This document shows, one piece after another, positions 7,010-14,735 of a stretch of DNA of 64,000 nt (the first letter of the stretch is position 1; each line of letters starts with the position of its first letter). The translations under genes and the position numbers were made by a program. The DNA is from a virus: positions 1 to 64,000 of the IMG/VR virus record IMGVR_UViG_3300025816_000006; one strand, given 5' to 3'. The notes beneath the pieces are model-generated. The model searched no databases, was not told the DNA's origin, and saw nothing but the letters and a program-made list of their open reading frames with translations.

Positions 7010-7174
7010 CTACTTGGTGCGTTTGAATGGGCTATGCCCGTATTTTGCTACATAAGCAGCAAAGGCAGCAGCTTCACGCTGCTTACGATCAGCACGTTGT
7101 GCTGTCGTTTCAGGAGCAACCGGCTTGCGGTTTGCAACTGAATCCCAATAGTAGTTATTAGTTTTATAAGTCAT
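7010..7174 (-). CDS. small hypothetical protein (start MTYKTN)
   Basis: AAGGA SD before ATG 7174. Confidence 0.65.
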   Translation of the reverse strand: MTYKTNNYYWDSVANRKPVAPETTAQRADRKQREAAAFAAYVAKYGHSPFKRTK

Positions 7175-7220
7175 AAGTTTTGATCCTTTCAAGATCGGGT
7201 AAAAAATAGTAATTGTGCGA

Positions 7221-7373
7221 TCACTCGCAACCGAAGCGACCATTTACGGTCACTTGGTCGGCGGTGGGTTGGTGTGAACCTTCGCGGCGAACCTCAACGC
7301 GACCCTCTCGCATTGCAGCTTGGAACTGCTCAAGAGTCATGTTTTCAGTTTCTTTGGCGGTTAAAGTTTTCAT
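7221..7373 (-). CDS. 50-aa hypothetical protein (not in track)
   Basis: TAGGA SD; downstream of motif 7431. Confidence 0.6.
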   Translation of the reverse strand: MKTLTAKETENMTLEQFQAAMREGRVEVRREGSHQPTADQVTVNGRFGCE

Positions 7374-7646
7374 AGTTAGTTTTCCTAAAGGAGTTTTGAA
7401 TTTGTTATATAAGTAGTATCGTCTATGGTCGTGACACGTTAGGTCACTACTTTCGGGAATCTTCCAAGATTTTTAAAACTTCATCGGTTTGCTTGTTGGA
7501 CAATTTAAGGTTCAGAACCGCAAGGGTTTCGACAAATGCCGAGTTGATTTTGCGGGCTACAATTTTGTGGGCGATTGTTTTGCTGTTCATTGTTGTTTCT
7601 TTCATATTAGTATTATCGTCTAAGGGTGTGACACGTTAGGTCAATG

Positions 7647-7847
7647 TTAGATATAATTCCAGTGGAATTTGGAAACTTTATATTCTGCAAAATCGCGGTT
7701 GACGATATTCCAAACGATATTATTAACGCTGTTGTATGCTCCATCGCTGTTGATAACATACGTTTTATTGTAACGCTTACCATTAGCTAATGTCACGAAG
7801 ATTGATACGTTTTCTTTAATCATTGTTTTACTGTTGTTGTTTGTCAT
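7647..7847 (-). CDS. small hypothetical protein
   Basis: Promoter 7854-7881; start uncertain (7847 leaderless, or 7823). Confidence 0.6.
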   Translation of the reverse strand: MTNNNSKTMIKENVSIFVTLANGKRYNKTYVINSDGAYNSVNNIVWNIVNRDFAEYKVSKFHWNYI

Positions 7848-7991
7848 GCTTCTATTATACATACATCGGCAGATTTGTCAACCCCTCTGTACCCTAATTC
7901 CGAAAGTTTTTAAGAAATAATCTTACCCCCCCTGTCGGCGGTTGCATACCCCCCATTGGCGCTACGGGTCAGGATACGCTAAGACATTGAC

Positions 7992-8070
7992 GTAACCTGT
8001 TGCTACATAAGGACTTACGTCGCCCGCCGCTGCCCCGTCCGTCCTAAGTCGTTACTACCAAAGGACTTAC
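7992..8070. repeat. paired-palindrome element, copy 6
   Basis: GTAACCTGTT-N7-AAGGACTTAC, 25-bp linker, CTAAGTCGTT-N7-AAGGACTTAC. Confidence 0.95.
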
Positions 8071-8116
8071 GTCGATTTAAGAATAATCCAGTTTTTTGCC
8101 GGATTTGCTATTGACA

Positions 8117-8266
8117 TCATAGAGTTTTTTCTACAATCTCAAACCATTCTCTGTCGAGTTCAGGTTCATTTTGCACGTATACCTCTGCCTCTTTTCGGGT
8201 AGCGAAAGCGTCACAATACTTTTCGCAGGAATAGCCGTCGTCATAGGTTACAATGTAGATAGTCAT
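8117..8266 (-). CDS. 49-aa hypothetical protein (not in track)
   Basis: MTIYIVTYDDGYSCEKYCDAFATRKEAEVYV... Confidence 0.6.
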   Translation of the reverse strand: MTIYIVTYDDGYSCEKYCDAFATRKEAEVYVQNEPELDREWFEIVEKTL

Positions 8267-8297
8267 AATGTTTTTTCTAGTGTGTAGTGTGTAGTGT

Positions 8298-8390
8298 GTT
8301 GGGTTCGCAGTTTAGATTATCGGGTACAACTTGCGGTTAAACTATCCGAACCTAATTTATTTAAAGTGGGTAGGACATCCCACTTGACAG
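8298..8390. ncRNA. conserved pseudoknot + hairpin element, copy B
   Basis: Homologous to 6916-7005 with covariation. Confidence 0.65.
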
Positions 8391-8558
8391 CTACGCCAAT
8401 CGCTCAACGTATTCTTTAACCATTCCCTTTTGGTAGTAAACGTCTACCACGTATCCACGGGAAACGGAATCGGCAGCCATTCTGTAGGCTTGGGCTTTGT
8501 CCCAAACTTTGTCAGTGGAAACGGCTTTGTTATTAAGAAGTGTTACTAGTTTGTACAT
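8391..8558 (-). CDS. 55-aa hypothetical protein (not in track)
   Basis: TAAGGT SD; promoter 8598-8625. Confidence 0.65.
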   Translation of the reverse strand: MYKLVTLLNNKAVSTDKVWDKAQAYRMAADSVSRGYVVDVYYQKGMVKEYVERLA

Positions 8559-9340
8559 TGTTTTTTACCTTAGTAGTAGTGTTGTTGTTATGTCTCTATT
8601 ATACAGATATCGGCTGATTTGTCAACCCCTATCCAGTCTAATTCCAAAAGAATTAGGAAAGTAATTTTTCGCAATGCTCGCGAATTTCGTGTTCGTGGTA
8701 TCCTGCTCTGTCAAGACCTTCCATCCAAAAGATGGAAACAGCTTTGGAAAGATTCCCGCAAGCGTCAATTTTTGCGAGTAGTTTGCCGAGTGTGATTTGT
8801 GAAATTCTGTTCATTGTTTTTACCTTAGTAGTGTTGTGTCTTGTGTGCTTCTATTATACAGATATCGGCCAGTTTGTCAACCCCTATCCAGTCTAATTCT
8901 TAAATAATAAAGAAACTTTTGTTGATACCCAATTGTACCCTTTATCGTTCATATCCCAAACGAAAGCGTTAACGTGTGCTTTATTGCACATTACGAAGCG
9001 GGTGTCATTGGAAGCGTTTTGAAAAATCATTGTAATCATTGTTTTACCTTAGTAAGTGTTGTTGTTATGTCCCCCATTATACATACTTATCGGCATTTGT
9101 CAATAGGTGTGTGCAGTTATTCTAGAAGTTTTACAAAGAAAGTTTTTATCTGTTTTTTGTTAGTTTTTATCAATTTAGGGTTGACGGGGGTTATATCTTC
9201 GGGTAAAATGTACCTTCTTACCCCCCGAAAGAGGGGGGTGGTTTAGACACAATCCCCAAAAATATATGTAAATGTATCAGCCAATCTATTCGCCTTGAAG
9301 CTTCTCGACGCTTTCGTGTCTACATAAAACACATTTAAAT

Positions 9341-9544
9341 CTATGTTTGCCCGTCATCAGAAACACCTTCGTTCCGCATTTTTTGCACACTGGAGGCCCG
9401 TAGACGTATTTTGGAACAAACTTCTGTTTTTTCTTCTTCATTCATATTTCTCCAGTTAGAAATTTCTTGAGTAGTTCTGAAACACCCCAGACAAACTCCG
9501 TTTGTGTTGAGGCTACAGTGCTTAATACAGGGTGATTTAATCAT
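9341..9544 (-). CDS. DUF1289-like Cys-rich (predicted Fe-S) protein
   Basis: SPCxxxC...CxGCFRTxxEIxxW signature. Confidence 0.8.
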   Translation of the reverse strand: MIKSPCIKHCSLNTNGVCLGCFRTTQEISNWRNMNEEEKTEVCSKIRLRASSVQKMRNEGVSDDGQT

Positions 9545-9957
9545 TTTTGGTTATAAAATTATTTAGGGTATGTACACACCACCGGCTTTTATCCTACCAA
9601 GCAAGTAACTGCGCAGGATATGAGATACTAATCAGTGAGCCACAAACCGGATTCTTGCTTGAGCTTTGGGTGAGAGCCGTAAACTCACAACTAATTTTTA
9701 TTAGCTTCTCATTACTGAGACCGTAATCCGCCAAATGTATCAGGCACTGGTAATACCTGAGTCCAACTCCTAACAATCTTATAAATTTTTTATATCTGGC
9801 TTTCTACAAATTGTAGTTCGCCGTCCAAGCGCCACAAACAGGACAGGTTTTTAATGTGACTGCGTTATACAAAAATCTCAATTCCTAGTATCCCGACATA
9901 TATTGTCACTCATTATAGGTAAATTGATGCCAGTAAGTCAAGATTTTTATAAGAAAC

Positions 9958-9986
9958 TTGACAAAATCGCCTATACAGTGTATAAT
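9958..9986 (+). promoter_or_regulatory. promoter opening the plus-strand region
   Basis: TTGACA-N17-TATAAT, with GTGTATAAT motif at 9978-9986. Confidence 0.8.
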
Positions 9987-10134
9987 AGGTAAGAAAGCCC
10001 CCTAAACAGAGAATCAAAAATGAAAAATGCAAAAAAGATACAGTCTAACTTGTGCTGCAAGGCAACAGCTAGCCTCGGAATGGAAATACAAGATGAATTG
10101 ACAAAAAAGGACAAATCTTTAGGAAATTTACTAG

Positions 10135-10761
10135 ATGAACAAGAAAATAAAAACAAAAACCCTAATATCTGTGGGTGTTCAGAAAACAGAGACCAAGGAT
10201 GTCGAAATAGTATTTGACGCTCTTAGAAAACTTCCAGAGCCAGAAAAATCTGCAATACCAGTAGGTCAAAATTTTTTCTACCAAATAAAACAAACTAAAG
10301 ACGAAAGGCTTAATACATACTGTGAGTCTGGTCTTGGTGAATTTTACAAAAAACGCAATAAATTCTTTTTTAAAAGAGAATATGTATTTTGGGTAGAAAA
10401 AGACGACACATCATACAGACCAAGAAACGGAACGCCACCAGTTCTAAACGACCTTGAAGGTCATAACTTTATTCTTTTGAAATATCTGCCAGAAAATTAC
10501 AAAAATATTCTCGTAAGCAAAAATAGTGTACTTTGTTCCACAGAGCCGTTTACTCCAACGCCAGTAGAACTACAAGATAACACTCTCTTAGGCAAGCTTA
10601 ATAATATTATACAGTCTATAGATCAAAATGAATTATGGTCTATACTCTTACAAAATAATAAAAAGCCCGTTGAAGGAAGCATTAAGTACAACAAGAAAGA
10701 TAAATGCTTTGAAGGATACGACGGAAAACAATGGCGCGCACTAATGTGGGGTGAAGAATGA
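10135..10761 (+). CDS. hypothetical protein
   Basis: 208-aa ORF, ATGA-coupled to next gene. Confidence 0.8.
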   Translation: MNKKIKTKTLISVGVQKTETKDVEIVFDALRKLPEPEKSAIPVGQNFFYQIKQTKDERLNTYCESGLGEFYKKRNKFFFKREYVFWVEKDDTSYRPRNGTPPVLNDLEGHNFILLKYLPENYKNILVSKNSVLCSTEPFTPTPVELQDNTLLGKLNNIIQSIDQNELWSILLQNNKKPVEGSIKYNKKDKCFEGYDGKQWRALMWGEE

Positions 10762-11270
10762 AGATACCCCCTAACATGATAGAAGATGAAGTACTAAGAG
10801 TTATAGAAAAGGTTATCAATAAGACTGCTGCTAAATATACCTTTTATGGATATACAGTAGATGACATAAAACAAGAGTCTTTCATTATATGTATAGATGC
10901 GCTCCAACGATATGATGGTAAACGCCCGTTGGAAAACTTCCTCAGTGTAAATCTATCTAATCGTCTTAAAAATTTCATTCGTGACAATCACTTCATCTCA
11001 AACTCGGATGATGAACGAATAAAAGTCTTACAACCGGCGCAACTGGATTATGAAGAAACTCTTTTGGATGAAAACGAAAAATATGCAGTAGACGAAGAAC
11101 ATTTTGATTATTTATACATTTCCACGAACATTGATAGGCTTCTTCCGGCGTCAATGCGTATGGATTACCTCAAGATGATTGCAGGAGTCTACCTTCCCAA
11201 AGCAAGAAAAGAAGAAATATCTAAAAGAATATTAGAAATAATGGAGGACTGTGGCTATGAAGAAAGGTAG
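10758..11270 (+). CDS. phage sigma-factor-like protein (sigma70 region 2)
   Basis: DDIKQESFIICIDALQRYDGKRPLENFL...NRLKNFIRD resembles sigma70_r2. Confidence 0.7.
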   Translation: MKIPPNMIEDEVLRVIEKVINKTAAKYTFYGYTVDDIKQESFIICIDALQRYDGKRPLENFLSVNLSNRLKNFIRDNHFISNSDDERIKVLQPAQLDYEETLLDENEKYAVDEEHFDYLYISTNIDRLLPASMRMDYLKMIAGVYLPKARKEEISKRILEIMEDCGYEER

Positions 11271-12042
11271 GATCTCTAAAGAAGAAGAGGCGATCATAGA
11301 AAAGAGCATAGGTACTATGTCCTACGAAGATATAGCGGACAAGCTTGACAGAGACCCTGAGAGCGTCGAGAAGTTTATTAAGCGTAAGTTCAATGTTGGT
11401 GCATCTAAAGAAGAGAAAGCGGCTTTTGAGCTTGACCAGAGACCCTACTGGGTTGAAGTAAAACAGCAGTTTACAGAGGACGAACTGAAGCTTTTTAGAT
11501 ATCACTGGGCTAGAATCATTTCACAGTTTCGTGATGACGTTATTCCTACAGAAGAACTACAGGTTGTTGACCTCATCAAGTTAGAGCTACTAATGAACAG
11601 GTCACTCAAGCAGAATAAAGATAACATAGAGCAGATCTCTACGCTAGAGGGTCTAATACAAGCAGAGAGGGCGCGCGACCCAGATCAGCAAGATGTAGAC
11701 ATGGTGTTTAACATGGAGCGTCAGGCGGCTTCTCTGAAGGCTTCACAGGAATCTTTAAACAAAGACTATCGTGAACTCCAAACAAAGAAAAACTCGATGC
11801 TCAAGGAAATGAAGGCAACAAGAGAGCAAAGAGTCAAGAGACTAGAAGACAGCAAACAGAGTCTTGTTGGATGGATAGCATACCTTATGGGTAATCCAGA
11901 TGTAACAAGTCAATACGGAATAGAAATGGAAAAGATGCGACTAGCCATGAAAAAAGAAAAAGAGAGACTGGGAGCATTCCACAAATTTACAGATGGACAG
12001 GTAGACCAACCCTTTTTAAACTCGGACACTATCAAGGACTAA
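11257..12042 (+). CDS. HTH/coiled-coil protein, possible terminase small subunit
   Basis: N-terminal SYEDIADKLDRDPESV HTH-like segment, long coiled coil; upstream of terL. Confidence 0.45.
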   Translation: MKKGRISKEEEAIIEKSIGTMSYEDIADKLDRDPESVEKFIKRKFNVGASKEEKAAFELDQRPYWVEVKQQFTEDELKLFRYHWARIISQFRDDVIPTEELQVVDLIKLELLMNRSLKQNKDNIEQISTLEGLIQAERARDPDQQDVDMVFNMERQAASLKASQESLNKDYRELQTKKNSMLKEMKATREQRVKRLEDSKQSLVGWIAYLMGNPDVTSQYGIEMEKMRLAMKKEKERLGAFHKFTDGQVDQPFLNSDTIKD

Positions 12043-12043
12043 A

Positions 12044-13123
12044 ATGAAGACAGCTATAATATTTGGCGTAACGGGACAAGATGGAAGCCATTTAGCGGAC
12101 TTGCTACTGGAGAAAAACTACTCAGTTATAGGCGCAACAAGAAGGACGAGTACTGATAACACGACACGTATTTCGCATATTCTTAATAACAATAATTTTA
12201 AGTTAGTTAGTGGCGACATTACAGATTCGTCTAGTGTTTTAAATATATTTAAAAATCACGGAGAAGTAGATGAAGTCTATAATTTAGCTGCACAATCTCA
12301 TGTTGCGGTTTCTTTTAATCAGCCGGGATTAACTTGGGATATAACAGGAAAAGGCTGTTTAAATATCTTGCAAAGCTTAGTGGATCTTAATATGGTGGGA
12401 GCTAGATTCTACCAAGCGAGTAGTAGCGAGATGTTTGGAAAAAATTATGACATCGAAGTTGGTATGACTGCTGAAAGTAAATATCAAAATGAAGAAACTA
12501 AATTCTTGCCGCAAAGTCCATATGCTATAGCAAAGTGCGCTGCTCATTACATGACTAGACTGTACAGAGAAGGTTATGGACTACACGCAAGTGCCGGAAT
12601 ACTATTTAATCACGAAGGACCACGTAGAGGTGAAAACTTTGTAACGAGAAAGATTACCAAGTGGATTGGTGAGTTTGTCAAATGGAACAATCCAACAAAC
12701 GAGATGGGGGCGATTATAGATATCCCTAAGCAAGACGATGAGAATATGCTTTATAACTCCCCTGTGGACGGAGAGGGTTTTCCCAAGCTTCGTCTAGGCA
12801 ATCTAGACGCATATCGAGACTGGGGATACGCTGGAGACTACTGTGAAGCGATGTGGATGATGTTGCAGCAAGACTGTCCTGATGATTACGTAATTTGTAC
12901 AGGTGAAACACATACTATCAGAGAATTTTTAAACGTTGCATTTAAAGAGGTTGGTATTGAGGATTGGTCTGACTATGTAGTACAAGATCCAGAGTTTTAT
13001 AGACCAGCGGAAGTAGATTATTTACGTGGAGACGCTAGTAAAGCAAGCAAGAACTTAGGCTGGACACCCAAGCATAGTTTTGAAGATTTAGTTAAAATGA
13101 TGGTAAAGCATGATCTAGAATGA
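12044..13123 (+). CDS. gmd: GDP-mannose 4,6-dehydratase
   Basis: GVTGQDG, YNLAAQSHV, QASSSE, SPYAIAK, GILFNHE, RGENFVTRKI, RDWG, RPAEVD motifs. Confidence 0.97.
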   Translation: MKTAIIFGVTGQDGSHLADLLLEKNYSVIGATRRTSTDNTTRISHILNNNNFKLVSGDITDSSSVLNIFKNHGEVDEVYNLAAQSHVAVSFNQPGLTWDITGKGCLNILQSLVDLNMVGARFYQASSSEMFGKNYDIEVGMTAESKYQNEETKFLPQSPYAIAKCAAHYMTRLYREGYGLHASAGILFNHEGPRRGENFVTRKITKWIGEFVKWNNPTNEMGAIIDIPKQDDENMLYNSPVDGEGFPKLRLGNLDAYRDWGYAGDYCEAMWMMLQQDCPDDYVICTGETHTIREFLNVAFKEVGIEDWSDYVVQDPEFYRPAEVDYLRGDASKASKNLGWTPKHSFEDLVKMMVKHDLE

Positions 13124-13368
13124 AGATATACAAAGTACACATGGTGTTAACACTCGTTATATCCAGATTAAAAGAATATAATTTAGATGATTACAATAGT
13201 TCTACCCCTATAATATTTGTTGAAGCGAAAGACCCAGACGACGCATGTTACAAAGCTATGCACAAGCTTGCTATTAAGATACTAAAGTCAGATCACTCTA
13301 TAGAGACTTTGAATTTTATAAAAGATATTTTCAACGATATAAGAATTATTAAGATAGAGATACCATGA
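13120..13368 (+). CDS. hypothetical protein
   Basis: ATGA overlaps on both sides. Confidence 0.75.
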   Translation: MKIYKVHMVLTLVISRLKEYNLDDYNSSTPIIFVEAKDPDDACYKAMHKLAIKILKSDHSIETLNFIKDIFNDIRIIKIEIP

Positions 13369-13631
13369 GAAGAGACTACAACGATCCGGTATACAAACGC
13401 TGGAGAATAAGCGTCTACAAAAGAGACGACTTTACATGCCAGATGCCCGGATGTTCTTATAAAAAGTATCTAAACGCACACCATATACAAAAATGGGCCA
13501 GTGCCTCTACACTGAGGTTTGATGTTGATAATGGAATTACACTTTGTAAAAACTGCCACAAAAAGGTTACAGGTAGTGAACAACACTATCAAGGTTTATT
13601 TCAACAAATAGTGAGAAAGAATAATGGCTAA
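13365..13631 (+). CDS. HNH endonuclease
   Basis: RDxxxC...C...LNAHHI...NGITLCKNCH. Confidence 0.9.
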   Translation: MRRDYNDPVYKRWRISVYKRDDFTCQMPGCSYKKYLNAHHIQKWASASTLRFDVDNGITLCKNCHKKVTGSEQHYQGLFQQIVRKNNG

Positions 13632-14127
13632 ATATAAGACTGCCCCCAGTTATACTGTGATTCGAGACACAAGAGAGCAGCAGGGTTATTTTTTCAAAAA
13701 GTTTAACACATGCAACGGGACGGTCCAGAGAAAACTAGAGACTGGCGACTATTCTATCTTAGGTATGGAAGATAAGGTTTGCATAGAAAGAAAAGCTAGC
13801 GTCTCAGAAATAGCGCTTAACTTAGGAAAAGGAAAGTATGCCTTCTACAACGAAGTAGAAAGAATGAGGGAATATGAACATAAATTTATAGTATGTGAGT
13901 TCTCTATGGAGGATGTAATGAAATTTCCAGAGGGCGCAAAGATACCCAAAGAACTAAAAGGTAAAGTAAAAATAACGGGAAAGTATATACTAAGATGTTT
14001 AATGGAGTTTGCCGTATTTAACGATGTACACGTTGTGTTTGCCGGTAGCGAAAGGGGTGCATTTGATTTAATCAGCAGTTTACTAAAAAGGATTAATGAA
14101 AAATACACAATAGGGCGCAAGTCATGA
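13624..14127 (+). CDS. ERCC4-type nuclease
   Basis: DTREQ...LETGDYS...IERK motif. Confidence 0.85.
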   Translation: MAKYKTAPSYTVIRDTREQQGYFFKKFNTCNGTVQRKLETGDYSILGMEDKVCIERKASVSEIALNLGKGKYAFYNEVERMREYEHKFIVCEFSMEDVMKFPEGAKIPKELKGKVKITGKYILRCLMEFAVFNDVHVVFAGSERGAFDLISSLLKRINEKYTIGRKS

Positions 14128-14735
14128 CAACAAACAGAGACAGTGTGGGTGAAATCCACGCTTATAATCTAGACGTAAAAAATAGAGAAATATACATAAA
14201 TGAGTTTGACGACTCAGGAGAATCTGCTGGAGTAGATCACAGAATGCTCCAAAACTTTATTAAAAATATAAACATACTAAAAAACCTAAGCAAAGATCCA
14301 ATTACTATACATATGCAGACAGTGGGTGGCTGCTGGTATTCTGGGATGGGTATATACGATGCAATAAGAAGCTGTAAATGTAAAACCACTTTTATTGGCT
14401 ATGGTCAGTTATGCTCTATGGGTACTGTTATTATACAAGCTGCAACAAGACGATTAGTTACTAACAACTCTGCGTTTATGGTTCACTGGGGTAGTAGCGA
14501 GATAAGTGGACATTATCTAACCACACAAAACCTAGCTGACTTTGAAAAATATATTGCGCAACAAATGATAGAAATATATGCAGAAAGATGCCAAAAAGGA
14601 GAATATTTTAAAGAACGTCAAAATAATTTATCTAAAACTAAATCGTACATAAAAAGAAAACTAGGAGGTGGCGACTGGTATATGACAGCAGACGAAGCTG
14701 TCTATTACGGGTTTGTCGATGGAATTTATAAATGA
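14124..14735 (+). CDS. ClpP-like serine protease
   Basis: GG..YSGMGIYDAI, GQLCSMG (Ser), MVH (His), DWYMTADEAVYYGFVD (Asp). Confidence 0.9.
   Translation: MTTNRDSVGEIHAYNLDVKNREIYINEFDDSGESAGVDHRMLQNFIKNINILKNLSKDPITIHMQTVGGCWYSGMGIYDAIRSCKCKTTFIGYGQLCSMGTVIIQAATRRLVTNNSAFMVHWGSSEISGHYLTTQNLADFEKYIAQQMIEIYAERCQKGEYFKERQNNLSKTKSYIKRKLGGGDWYMTADEAVYYGFVDGIYK

Noticed and set aside
1280-8070. CRISPR array or integron attC array as explanation of the periodic repeats
   Set aside because: Spacing is ~1.3 kb with several genes per interval, there are no cas genes, and there are no RYYYAAC...GTTRRRY attC ends or integrase in the window.
322-9246. Plus-strand ORFs in the early region (e.g. 322-594, 2173-2475, 3993-4283, 4535-4816) and minus-strand 4888-5097, 4985-5167
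   Set aside because: They are shadows of minus-strand genes or run across promoters and RNA structures; mostly non-ATG starts without SD.
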